From positions 42,942 through 106,941 of the forward strand of contig SIBS01000001.1 in assembly GCA_009695045.1 (NCBI GenBank): a stretch of DNA of 64,000 bases, in the 5' to 3' direction. Each line of letters starts with the position of its first letter. Positions within the stretch are counted from its first letter, which is position 1. The position numbers were made by a program, and so were the translations under genes. The DNA comes from Candidatus Levyibacteriota bacterium (GTDB lineage: Bacteria > Patescibacteriota > Microgenomatia > Levybacterales > UBA12049). The notes below the pieces were generated by a model. The model saw nothing but the letters and a program-made list of their open reading frames with translations, did no database searches and was not told the origin of the DNA. Positions 1 through 9,448 of this stretch are shown piece by piece.

Positions 1-1856
1 ACAAGCGAGTGCTCCAATGGAACATCTTCTGGCATATTAAATCGTGTCATTAATCCCGCAATGGTCTCTCCACCAAAAAGTCGCATAATCTCATCATCAA
101 GAGCAACAAAAAATCTTGAAGCACCAGGATCACCCTGCCTACCCGATCGCCCTCTTAGTTGATTATCTATTCTTCTAGATTCATGACGCTCTGTTCCTAT
201 AACATATAGACCACCAAGGGATACTACTTCATCATGGTTAGCTTGCCATTTTTTCCACTCCTGCGTTTCTAGCTTAGGTCTTCCATCATAATTTAGTGGA
301 GCTTGTCCACCCAGAATTATATCCACTCCTCTACCCGCCATATTAGTAGCGACTGTTACTGATCCTTTTATTCCAGCTTTTGCAATTATTTCTGCCTCCT
401 GTAAATGATTTTTTGCATTAAGAACCTCATGTCGTATTCCTCGTCTTTTTAATAATTCTGAAATTATTTCATTTTTCTCAATTGAAGTTGTTCCCACTAA
501 TACTGGCTGACCTTCTTTATTTGCTTTTGCAATTTCATTGGCAACTGCTGTAAGTTTTGCTCTATGTGTTTTGTAAACTGCATCAACAAAGTCAATTCTT
601 TGCATTTTTGAATTTGTTGGAATTACTACTACATCCAAACCATAAATCTTGTTAAACTCTTCTGCTTCAGTAACAGCTGTACCAGTCATTCCGCCAAGCT
701 TTTCATACAAACGGAAATAATTTTGCAAAGAGACAGTAGCCAAGGTCTTTGATTCTCTCTGGATGGATACTCCTTCTTTTGCCTCAATGGCTTGATGCAG
801 ACCCTCAGACAATCTCCTACCCATCATTAATCTTCCAGTGAACTCATCAACAAGAATTACTTCATTATCTCTTACGATATAATCTGTTTCTTTATGAAAA
901 AGAGTTCTTGCTTTAAGCGCAGCTTCTAAATGATATACAGTATCAAAGTCTTTTTCATATATATTTTCTATCCCATATAATTTTTCGATTTTCTCTATTC
1001 CATGATCAGTAAGATGAGCTGTTTTTAATTTTTCATCTATTTTATAATCTGTATCTGAAGAAAGCTTTTCTACCAAAGTAGCATATTCATAATAACGTTG
1101 GGATGGTTTATCATCTGGTGCAGATATTATATGTGGAGTTCTAGCTTCATCAATTAATACAGAATCAACTTCATCTACTATTGCAAAATGATGACCATTT
1201 TGAACTGTTTCAGATAAATCAGTAGCCATATTATCTCGAAGATAATCAAATCCAAATTCAGAATTAATTCCATAAACTATATCTGCCCCATATGCTTCTT
1301 TTCTAGTTACTGGACGTAAATGCATTAATCTAAAATCACTCGTTGTATCATTTGAGAAAGATAAATCATATAAAAAAGATTGATCGCTAATTATAGATGA
1401 GACTGATAGGCCTAGAAAATGAAATATTGGAGCCATCCATCCCGCATCTCTTCTTGCCAAATAATCATTGACCGTAACAAGATGAACATTTTTACCAGAT
1501 AATGCATTTAAATACAATGCTGGTACCGCTGAAAGTGTTTTTCCTTCACCTGTTTTTTGTTCAGCTATTTTACCACTAGCAAGAACCGCAGAAGCCATAA
1601 GCTGCACATCGTAATGACGAAGACCAATAGACCTAAAAGATGCTTCACGAACAGCAGCAAAAGCCTCAGGAATTATACTATCAATAGATTCTCCTAATTT
1701 AATACGATTCCTAAATTCTTTTGTTTTTTCAATAAAATCTTTTTCTTTGAGTTTTTTAAAATATTTCTCTAAAGAATTTATTTTAATTATAAGCGGAGAT
1801 AGTTTTTTTATCTCTTTTTCATTAGAATCAAAGAGACGAGTGAGGGCTGAAAACAT
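1..1856 (-). CDS. secA: Preprotein translocase ATPase SecA (5' part; runs off window start)
   Basis: Not in ORF track. Manual translation from ATG 1856: MFSALTRLFDSNEKEIKK...AEQKTGEGKTL...VTVNDYLARRDA...DEVDSVLIDEARTP...ATNMAGRGVDI...GTERHESRRIDNQLRGRSGRQGDPG, all canonical SecA motifs. Confidence 0.98.
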   Translation of the reverse strand, partial: MFSALTRLFDSNEKEIKKLSPLIIKINSLEKYFKKLKEKDFIEKTKEFRNRIKLGESIDSIIPEAFAAVREASFRSIGLRHYDVQLMASAVLASGKIAEQKTGEGKTLSAVPALYLNALSGKNVHLVTVNDYLARRDAGWMAPIFHFLGLSVSSIISDQSFLYDLSFSNDTTSDFRLMHLRPVTRKEAYGADIVYGINSEFGFDYLRDNMATDLSETVQNGHHFAIVDEVDSVLIDEARTPHIISAPDDKPSQRYYEYATLVEKLSSDTDYKIDEKLKTAHLTDHGIEKIEKLYGIENIYEKDFDTVYHLEAALKARTLFHKETDYIVRDNEVILVDEFTGRLMMGRRLSEGLHQAIEAKEGVSIQRESKTLATVSLQNYFRLYEKLGGMTGTAVTEAEEFNKIYGLDVVVIPTNSKMQRIDFVDAVYKTHRAKLTAVANEIAKANKEGQPVLVGTTSIEKNEIISELLKRRGIRHEVLNAKNHLQEAEIIAKAGIKGSVTVATNMAGRGVDIILGGQAPLNYDGRPKLETQEWKKWQANHDEVVSLGGLYVIGTERHESRRIDNQLRGRSGRQGDPGASRFFVALDDEIMRLFGGETIAGLMTRFNMPEDVPLEHSL

Positions 1857-1862
1857 ACACAA

Positions 1863-1871
1863 ATTATATCA
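1863..1871 (-). promoter_or_regulatory. Extended -10 promoter (TGaTATAAT) 6 nt upstream of secA ATG
   Basis: Minus strand reads TGATATAAT-ttgtgt-ATG. Confidence 0.65.
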
Positions 1872-1880
1872 TAGATAGAT

Positions 1881-1912
1881 AAAAAAAATCCCCCACCAAA
1901 AGATGAGGGATT
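1881..1912 (-). terminator. Intrinsic terminator after the Lys-rich micro-ORF
   Basis: Minus strand AATCCCTCATC-TTTT-GGTGGGGGATT (11-bp stem with 2 G-U pairs) running into a T8 tract. Confidence 0.85.
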
Positions 1913-1930
1913 ACTAAGTAGAATTCTAAC

Positions 1931-1999
1931 TTACTTTTTTTTCTTACTCTTTGATTTAACTACTTTTTTTGAAACTTTCTTCTTCTTTTTTACTGGCAT
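1931..1999 (-). CDS. 22-aa lysine-rich small protein MPVKKKKKVSKKVVKSKSKKKK
   Basis: ATG 1999, TAA 1931-1933; SD AAAGGAGGTGA (2015-2005) 5 nt upstream; terminator directly downstream; below the ORF-track size cutoff. Confidence 0.75.
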   Translation of the reverse strand: MPVKKKKKVSKKVVKSKSKKKK

Positions 2000-2210
2000 T
2001 ATTTTCACCTCCTTTTATGTTGCTATTGTATGCGAACAGATATAAATATCCTGAATTATTTTATTTTTTTTGTCAATATTATTTTGTGCCTCAAAATGAT
2101 TCAGTTAGATTGATAAAACAACAAAAATCATAAAAATATAAATACTAAAAAACACATATATTTAATTATATATGGACTAATTTAAAAATATTATGGCAAT
2201 AAATATTTTT

Positions 2211-2884
2211 CTAATTCCAATTATTAAGATAATTTTCGTATATTGATCTAAATAAACTATCTTTATTAACTAATAAATTATTAATATTTAAATACATTTT
2301 TAAAGATGTAGAATCAAATAAATCTAAAGCTGATTTAAAATTTAGAACGAGTATATTATCATCCAATAACCTACTAACATTAATCCTATCCTTAAGATAT
2401 TTTTTACTAATACTTTTTTTTTGTAATGCATAAATTATATCTGTTGGAATATCTTGGGGATTAGGATAATAATTCGTCATTAACCAATTTGAAAAATCCA
2501 AAATTCTATTCATAAGTTCTGGATTTTTATCTTGCTTATGCCATCCATAATCAGTATTAAGATCATCTATATGATAGAACTCATTATCTCTATCTGCTGC
2601 CTGAGCAATATATTGTCATCTCTGATTAATCAATGATGTAAAACCATAATCATTCATATTTATAGTAGCTTGATCAATCTTATCAATAGCTGACATCGCC
2701 ATAATACAAACTGCATCAAAGCAATCATTATCCATAATATTTTTCTGCTTTATAAATAAATCTGTTAATATATAATTAATTACTCTCAAATCATCTTTTG
2801 CAATAGCTATCTGATTTATTACATTTGGCATTTTTTCCCCATTTTAGCTTCTAAGATTGGTTTATTTCTATAAACTTCATTCAT
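2211..2884 (-). pseudogene. Disrupted hypothetical gene (track ORFs 2616-2831 and 2211-2513 are one frame)
   Basis: A single in-frame TGA at 2616-2618 separates the two ORFs, and the linker QYIAQAADRDNEFYHIDDLNTDYGWHKQDKNPEL is open. An upstream ATG 2884 (after TGaTATAAT) joins via a 1-nt shift in GGGGAAAAAA at about 2831-2840. Confidence 0.6.
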
Positions 2885-2992
2885 AAATAAGGCTTATTAT
2901 ATCAAATATCACTGCGTATATTGATTTATCAATTAATATAAAATAAATTAGAGAAAATATTATTAATTATATAAATAATTGTAGATCTATGT

Positions 2993-4234
2993 TTATCGAG
3001 GCACTTTAAGAAATATTTTTTCTTTACCCATATATTTCTGTAACACATCTGGAATAACAATCGATCCATCTTCCTGTTGATAATTTTCTAGTATTGCTAT
3101 GATAGGTCTATTCATTGAGAAGGCAGTACCATTTAAAACATGTAGATATTTTTTATCATCTCCATCCTGATATTTCATATTTAATCTTCTAGACTGAAAA
3201 TCCGTTACCGTTGAAACAGAAGTAACTTCACGATAATTATTTTGTCCTGGCATCCACGCTTCCAAATCATACTTTCTAGCCGCTGGAAAACCTAAATCTC
3301 CTGTACACATTTTTACAACCCGGTAAGGAATATCCAATAATTGAAGTAACTTTTCCTCAATTGAAAGGAGGTATTCATGCTCTATATCATCATTCTCCTC
3401 AGTAACAAAAGATACCATTTCTATTTTATTAAATTGATGAACGCGAAAAATTCCTTTTGTATCCTTTCCATAACTACCCGCCTCTCTTCTAAATGCTGGG
3501 GAATAAGCAAAATAGCGCCTAGGTAAATCTTTCTTTTCTAAAACTTCGTCTTTATGCATGGATACTAATACATGTTCCGCTGTGCCAATTAACGTAAGGT
3601 TATCATTTGGTATATGAAACATATCTTTATCTCCATCATTTTCCATATATCCAAGACCCTTCATTACATCTGTCTTTATAAGCACAGGTGGAATAACTGG
3701 TACAAATCCTTCCTTTAACAAAACTTCTAATGCAAGCTGTAATAATGCATATTCTAGCAAGACTCCATCATTTTTAAAATAATTAAATCTGGCGCCTGAA
3801 ACTTTCACTGCACGCTTTACGTCAATAATATCTAATGCCTCACCAAGAATTAAATGGTCTTTGGCAGGAAATGAAAACACTATTGGCTCTTTCCATTTTC
3901 TTAGTACATCATTTTCATTATCATCTTTTCCAACTTTTACATCCGGTGCTGGAATATTAGGTATTTTTAAAAGCTCGCTATATAATTCTTCTTCAATCGC
4001 TCTTAAAACTGGTTCCTTTTTTCCAAGAATATTAGATACTTCCTTACCTTTTTCAATATTTCTTTCCTTAGCATATCTATTTCTTTCTTCTCTCAATTGT
4101 TGCACTTCTAGTGCAAATTCCTTTTTCCGATCCTCAATTCGAAATATATGATCTAAATCAATTTCTATATTTTTATTTTTTGATGATTTTTGCACTATGG
4201 ATTTATTTTCTCGAATAAATTTTATGTCAATCAT
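2993..4234 (-). CDS. serS: Serine--tRNA ligase
   Basis: N-terminal coiled coil, LIGTAE, FRREAGSYGKDTKGIFRVHQFNKIE, KYDLEAWMP, LNGT. Confidence 0.98.
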   Translation of the reverse strand: MIDIKFIRENKSIVQKSSKNKNIEIDLDHIFRIEDRKKEFALEVQQLREERNRYAKERNIEKGKEVSNILGKKEPVLRAIEEELYSELLKIPNIPAPDVKVGKDDNENDVLRKWKEPIVFSFPAKDHLILGEALDIIDVKRAVKVSGARFNYFKNDGVLLEYALLQLALEVLLKEGFVPVIPPVLIKTDVMKGLGYMENDGDKDMFHIPNDNLTLIGTAEHVLVSMHKDEVLEKKDLPRRYFAYSPAFRREAGSYGKDTKGIFRVHQFNKIEMVSFVTEENDDIEHEYLLSIEEKLLQLLDIPYRVVKMCTGDLGFPAARKYDLEAWMPGQNNYREVTSVSTVTDFQSRRLNMKYQDGDDKKYLHVLNGTAFSMNRPIIAILENYQQEDGSIVIPDVLQKYMGKEKIFLKVPR

Positions 4235-4850
4235 AATTGTAAAAACTTAATTCTTTTATAATTATTGGTTTTAATTTATATAATGCTTTTCTCCTGTGAT
4301 TATACTTCTTTTGCTCATTAATTGACAACTGATTTTCATAATAATATTTTTCAAGCTCTAATAAGTAAAAGAAGCTCCTATACGGATATCCTTCCACTCT
4401 GTCCATCATTGGCTCCTTAGTAATTACACCCTCTACTTCACCATCAGTGCTCCAAACTTTTCCATTTGGAAGAGCAAATGAAATGACTGTTTTAAAAAAT
4501 GCTTTCCTATTGTCATCTGGTAAATCTTTGGATATCTTCCTTAAATGATTAATTAATTCCTCATCAGATGCCTCATAACCAAGCCAACGTCTACTTTTTA
4601 CACCAGGCATTCCATCAAGTGCATCAATCTCTAATCCACCATCATCAGCTATGGCAGGGATACCTGATTTTCTTGCATAAAACAACGCTTTTTTTTGAGA
4701 ATTTTTTTCATATGTATCACCATCTTCCTCTACATCATCGACAATTCCCATATCAGAAAGAGAAACAAGCATAAATGGAAGATTATAAAGAATATTTGTT
4801 AACTCTTTAATCTTGCCTTTATTTTTTGTGGCAATAAGAAGTTTTTTCAT
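4227..4850 (-). CDS. rdgB: Non-canonical purine NTP pyrophosphatase (RdgB/HAM1)
   Basis: LLIATKNKGKIKE, ADDGGLEIDALDGMPGVKS, HRRKAL; ATG 4850 preferred over track start 4856. Confidence 0.93.
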   Translation of the reverse strand: MKKLLIATKNKGKIKELTNILYNLPFMLVSLSDMGIVDDVEEDGDTYEKNSQKKALFYARKSGIPAIADDGGLEIDALDGMPGVKSRRWLGYEASDEELINHLRKISKDLPDDNRKAFFKTVISFALPNGKVWSTDGEVEGVITKEPMMDRVEGYPYRSFFYLLELEKYYYENQLSINEQKKYNHRRKALYKLKPIIIKELSFYNYD

Positions 4851-4902
4851 TTCCAATAGTTTATTTCACAAATACAAGTACTTACGTAAATTTTTGTCAT
4901 AT

Positions 4903-6402
4903 TTAAATCCTAGAGACTTCTATGCAACGCTGTTTTACAAAATTTTTATCTAAAGATAAAAGTAGCCATCCCGCTTTTGGTCCATGATCTTTTCCTATAA
5001 ATGATATATAAATTGCTGCAAATGTATCCTTAGATGAAAGATGTAAATCTTTTCCAATATCATAAAGGTATTTTTGCAAATTTTCCGGATCTAAATGATT
5101 ATCTATCTCTTTTGAGATAATTATTAAAAACTCTTTTTGCTTATCGGATAAGGTATTTACTGTTTTGGGAATTTCTTTTTGAACATTAAACTTTTCTGAT
5201 TCTGATGCATATCTATCAACCCATATTCTTGCAAATCCTGCCCACTTTTCCAAATTTTCTTTTTTAATTTTTTCTTCCATATTTGGCATCTGCACCCACT
5301 GCGCAAGCGTAGCAAAACGAATCGATGAAACTTTTTCCGTAATTCCTATTTGTGAGAGCTCAAATATAAGTCCACCTTCACTTCGTGGATCAATTTTATG
5401 TAACTGCGCAAATCTTTGATAATCATCATAAAGCTTAGGTATAATTTGCGTCTGATAAGGATTAAATTCTATTGCTAGATTAGGTTTTGTTTTAATCATT
5501 AAGAATCTAACCATTTGAGGAGATATTACCTCTAATAATTCATTCGTATTTAATCCTACTCCTCTTGAAGAAGACATTTTTTTACCATCATAAAGAAAAA
5601 ATTCATATGGAACAGGAATTGGTGGCTCTTGACCAAATACATCTTTGCATATTTTTCTGGCAACATCATAGGCTCCCCCTGCTGATGCATGATCTTTTCC
5701 CGCCCCTTCAATTGTCACTCCAAAAATCCACCATTTTGATGCCCATTCAAGTTTAAATGGCATAGTTGCTAATCCATTAAATGGAGATATTTTTCCAATC
5801 CTACCACAACCTTCTGCCCATTTTACTAAACTCTTAGAACATTCAAATTCCACCTCTAATCCGTCCCAACCGGTAACTTTTGTAGTACCAATCTTCCCGC
5901 ATTCTGGACAAATAACTTGCAATGGAAACCAATCCCGTTCAATTGTTTTTTTATAGATATCAGAATAAACTTTTCTTACTTTATCTGCATTATTCAGAAC
6001 ATGTTCAATCGCCTTATTATAAATACCATTTCTATAATAATCCGATGCTAGATATATCTCAGCAGATATATCTAATTTTTTAAATAAGTCTCTCATGATG
6101 TTTCCATAATATTCACCAAAGGTTCCATTACCATCAGGGGAAGGGGCATTACAAATTGGAATTCCCATATATCTCCCATATGATTCTTTTAAATTTTGAG
6201 GAAGACCATCAATTGCATCCATATCATCAAAACCAAAAGTAAATCTAACATCTTTTCCTTGAATTTTGAGAATTCTAGATAATGTATCATGAATTATTGG
6301 ACCTTTTAATCCTCCCATATGAATAATTCCGGACGGCGTCCATGCATCATTTATCAAATTTTTTTTAATTTTCCCTTGTAATAATTCCTCTGCCCAAAAC
6401 AT
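4903..6402 (-). CDS. lysS: Lysine--tRNA ligase, class I
   Basis: FWAEE start, TPSGIIHMG (HIGH-like), CPECG, GKDH, KKMSSSRG (KMSKS-like), GPKAG anticodon domain; ATG 6402. Confidence 0.96.
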   Translation of the reverse strand: MFWAEELLQGKIKKNLINDAWTPSGIIHMGGLKGPIIHDTLSRILKIQGKDVRFTFGFDDMDAIDGLPQNLKESYGRYMGIPICNAPSPDGNGTFGEYYGNIMRDLFKKLDISAEIYLASDYYRNGIYNKAIEHVLNNADKVRKVYSDIYKKTIERDWFPLQVICPECGKIGTTKVTGWDGLEVEFECSKSLVKWAEGCGRIGKISPFNGLATMPFKLEWASKWWIFGVTIEGAGKDHASAGGAYDVARKICKDVFGQEPPIPVPYEFFLYDGKKMSSSRGVGLNTNELLEVISPQMVRFLMIKTKPNLAIEFNPYQTQIIPKLYDDYQRFAQLHKIDPRSEGGLIFELSQIGITEKVSSIRFATLAQWVQMPNMEEKIKKENLEKWAGFARIWVDRYASESEKFNVQKEIPKTVNTLSDKQKEFLIIISKEIDNHLDPENLQKYLYDIGKDLHLSSKDTFAAIYISFIGKDHGPKAGWLLLSLDKNFVKQRCIEVSRI

Positions 6403-6417
6403 ATTTTTATTATACAA

Positions 6418-7746
6418 TTAATTTCTTATAAGAGCATCGTAAATCGCAATTACTGCTTCCTTAATATTATTGTTATTAAAACCAATTATCATACTATTTC
6501 CCTCGGTAGGGTATGTTATTGAGCTTATTTCAATTCCTTTTTTTAATAAATGACTAGACATTTTTGAAAGAATAAATGATGATTTTTTTGAAATATTTTG
6601 ACCAACAATACAGACTAATCCAATATTATTTATAACATTAATTTCATCTGGACACACCATCTCTTTAATTCTATTTATAATTTTATCAGTTTTACCATTA
6701 AGCTGATCTTTATGCGATATAACAGACATCATATCTATGCCAGTTGGATCATGTTCAACTGATACATCATTCTCCTCAAAACATTCCAATATTTTTCCAG
6801 CTATGCCTTTTTCTGAATTCATTCCATTTTTACCTATTTGAATAGAAACAAAACCATCCCTACTAGCAATTCCAATTATAATTTCCTCAGTATTACTTTC
6901 TCTCTTCGCAACAATTCTTGTGCCATCATTGGATGGATTAAAAGTATTTTTTACAATAACTGGTATTTCAAATTCCGCAACTGGAATTATGGCATCCATC
7001 ATAAGTACTCCAGCGCCACGATACGACATTTCTCTCATTTCCCTAAAAGTCATTTCATGAATTGATTTTGCATCATGAATTAATCTGGGATCAGCAGCCC
7101 TAACTCCGTCAACATCGGTCCAATTTTGATATTCATCTGCTTCCAATCCTCTTGCAATAATTGCACCAGTAATATCTGATCCACCTCTTTCAAAAGTTAA
7201 TATAGAGCCATCGAATTTTTTTCCATAAAATCCAGGAATAACGTATGGAATATTTTGTTTTTCTAATTTATTTTTGATAATCTCATAACTAATATTATTA
7301 ACTTGTCTATTTTCATTTAGGATAATTAAATCTTCGGCATCATAAAAAAATCCATCAATATATTTGGAAAATATACGAGCCATTATATTTTCTCCCCTTG
7401 ATGCAATCCAATCTCTTCCAAAGCCACTCTCAATACCTTTGTGTGTCAATTCTAGCCACCTTATCGTATCATTATGCATTTCAAGATCTCTTCCAATATC
7501 TTCAAATTTTTCTATAACCATACTAAAAACATCTTCAAATGGTTCACCTTTATTTACCAACTGACTACAGCGCAACAATGAATCAGTTACCTTAATATCA
7601 TCAAGATTTTTTTTGCCAGGCGCAGATACTACAACCGCTCTCATTTTTTCACTATTCACAATTTTTCCAGACTGAATGATGCTATCTGAAGTTGCCATAG
7701 ATGTTCCACCAAATTTTCCTACAATTGATCGCTCAGATTTTATCAT
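6418..7746 (-). CDS. lysC: Aspartate kinase with C-terminal ACT domains
   Basis: KFGGTS, VVVSAPGK, SRGE, RGGSDITG, WTDVDGVRAADPR. Confidence 0.93.
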   Translation of the reverse strand: MIKSERSIVGKFGGTSMATSDSIIQSGKIVNSEKMRAVVVSAPGKKNLDDIKVTDSLLRCSQLVNKGEPFEDVFSMVIEKFEDIGRDLEMHNDTIRWLELTHKGIESGFGRDWIASRGENIMARIFSKYIDGFFYDAEDLIILNENRQVNNISYEIIKNKLEKQNIPYVIPGFYGKKFDGSILTFERGGSDITGAIIARGLEADEYQNWTDVDGVRAADPRLIHDAKSIHEMTFREMREMSYRGAGVLMMDAIIPVAEFEIPVIVKNTFNPSNDGTRIVAKRESNTEEIIIGIASRDGFVSIQIGKNGMNSEKGIAGKILECFEENDVSVEHDPTGIDMMSVISHKDQLNGKTDKIINRIKEMVCPDEINVINNIGLVCIVGQNISKKSSFILSKMSSHLLKKGIEISSITYPTEGNSMIIGFNNNNIKEAVIAIYDALIRN

Positions 7747-7898
7747 ATAAATAAAAATTTCCCATTAATAACGTGTTTCTTAATTAAAAAGTATCAAAAA
7801 ATACCTTGAATTTATTTATTTTTATTAAAAATGTGTTCATATTATTGACACTATATTATATTGAAGATGTAAAGATATAGAATATTTATAAACATTTA

Positions 7899-8867
7899 TT
7901 AATAAATTATCTGCACTTCTGGATCAGGAGTAAAACCAAATATTTCAATTACTTTTTTTTGAATTAATTCAATAAGTGAATGTACATCGTGAAAAGTTGC
8001 GCCTCCTTTATTTATAATATAATTAGAGTGCTTTAAAGATATCTCAGCTCCGCCCTGACTCCTACCGCCAAGACCTAAACGACCAATTACGTATCCCATT
8101 GCAACTTTATTATGCCATTTATTCAAAACCGTTTCCTGAATATCAGGCCATATTTTTATAATTTTTTCCATTTCATTTTTTTCTATAATATTTTTAAAAA
8201 CTGATCCGCAAGATGGATATTCTATGGGATGATTATCATTTCTATATTGAATATTTCGCTCATACGTAGATCTTGCATCCATTAAATCTTTTAATCCTGA
8301 TTGAACAAGGGAAAAAGAAGCACTAACAACAATAAGTGTCTTTATTTGCTTAATTATGCTTGTTCTATATCCAAATTCCAGAACTTCTTTTTTTATTATT
8401 TTTATATTTAATTCAGGATCAGCCAGATCTAAAATCTCAGCCGATAAACATATATCTTTTATATCATGACCAAAACACCCTATATTTCCTCGTATTGCAG
8501 CGCCTATAGTGCTTGGTAATCCACCTGCCCACTCTAATCCAGTTAATTGATGTTGTAATGAAAAATTAATAAGATTATCTAGTTCGACTGATGCAAATGC
8601 CGTAAGGCGATTTTCATCTTTTGTAATTAATTCATCATTTTTACTGCTTGAATTAAACCATAAAACTGCTCCATCAAAACCATTATCACTTATTAGCAAC
8701 TTTGCACCTAGCCCCATTGGTAAAATTTTTGAAATTTTATTTGATTTAATAAATGTAATCGCTTCAATCAAATCTTTCTTATTATTTATTTTTAATAAAT
8801 ATTTTGCAGGACCACCAATCTTATAATAAGATATTTTTGAAAGTGGGATATTATATTTGATTTCCAT
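7899..8867 (-). CDS. murB: UDP-N-acetylenolpyruvoylglucosamine reductase
   Basis: KIGGPA, GLEWAGGLPSTIGAAIRGNIG, FGYRTS, PSCGSVFKN, ISLKHSNYIIN. Confidence 0.96.
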   Translation of the reverse strand: MEIKYNIPLSKISYYKIGGPAKYLLKINNKKDLIEAITFIKSNKISKILPMGLGAKLLISDNGFDGAVLWFNSSSKNDELITKDENRLTAFASVELDNLINFSLQHQLTGLEWAGGLPSTIGAAIRGNIGCFGHDIKDICLSAEILDLADPELNIKIIKKEVLEFGYRTSIIKQIKTLIVVSASFSLVQSGLKDLMDARSTYERNIQYRNDNHPIEYPSCGSVFKNIIEKNEMEKIIKIWPDIQETVLNKWHNKVAMGYVIGRLGLGGRSQGGAEISLKHSNYIINKGGATFHDVHSLIELIQKKVIEIFGFTPDPEVQIIY

Positions 8868-8879
8868 GAAAAAGCAGTT

Positions 8880-9350
8880 TTAATGAACAGATATTATTTT
8901 ATAAATTATTTTTCCCGCAGGCGCAGATACTTCTATAGATTCACCAACAGACTTACCTAACAATGCTTTTCCAAGAGGAGATTCATAAGATATTTTCTTT
9001 CTTAAAGGATCAGCCTCCCATTCCCCCACCAATGTAAATTCTTCTTTCTTACTATTTCTGTCAACAATTATCATAGATCCTAATTGTACAATTTTACTTG
9101 AACCATTCCTTGAATGGTCTTCTATTATTGTTACTCGCTTTAATAATTCCTCTAGTTCATCCATTCTACCATCGATAAAAGCAAGCTCATCGCGAGCCGC
9201 AGTATATTCAGCATTTTCTGAAAGATCACCCATATTTCGAGCTTGACTAACACGATCCAAAACCACAGGACGTTTAACTTTTAAGAGCACGTCATACTCT
9301 TTTTTTAATTCTTCTTCACCAGACTTTGTAAGATAAATCTTTTTATCCAT
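8880..9350 (-). CDS. greA: Transcription elongation factor GreA
   Basis: GDLSENAEY, ISYESPLGKALLGK. Confidence 0.97.
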   Translation of the reverse strand: MDKKIYLTKSGEEELKKEYDVLLKVKRPVVLDRVSQARNMGDLSENAEYTAARDELAFIDGRMDELEELLKRVTIIEDHSRNGSSKIVQLGSMIIVDRNSKKEEFTLVGEWEADPLRKKISYESPLGKALLGKSVGESIEVSAPAGKIIYKIISVH

Positions 9351-9400
9351 ATTTATTAAAATAATTAACTATTTCTATGCGTTTTTATTGTACCGAAAGA

Positions 9401-9429
9401 ATATTATATTATATTAATTTTTCTGTCAA
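9401..9429 (-). promoter_or_regulatory. sigma70 promoter of greA
   Basis: TTGACA (9429-9424), 17-nt spacer, TAATAT (9406-9401). Confidence 0.6.
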
Positions 9430-9448
9430 TATCCTCTAGTATGCACTA

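Noticed and set aside
7784-7840. Short ORF MNTFLIKINKFKVFFDTF upstream of the aspartokinase as an attenuator leader peptide, or a lysine riboswitch in this spacer
   Set aside because: No run of Lys, Thr or Met codons, no terminator hairpin, and the spacer is too short and AT-rich for a lysine riboswitch.
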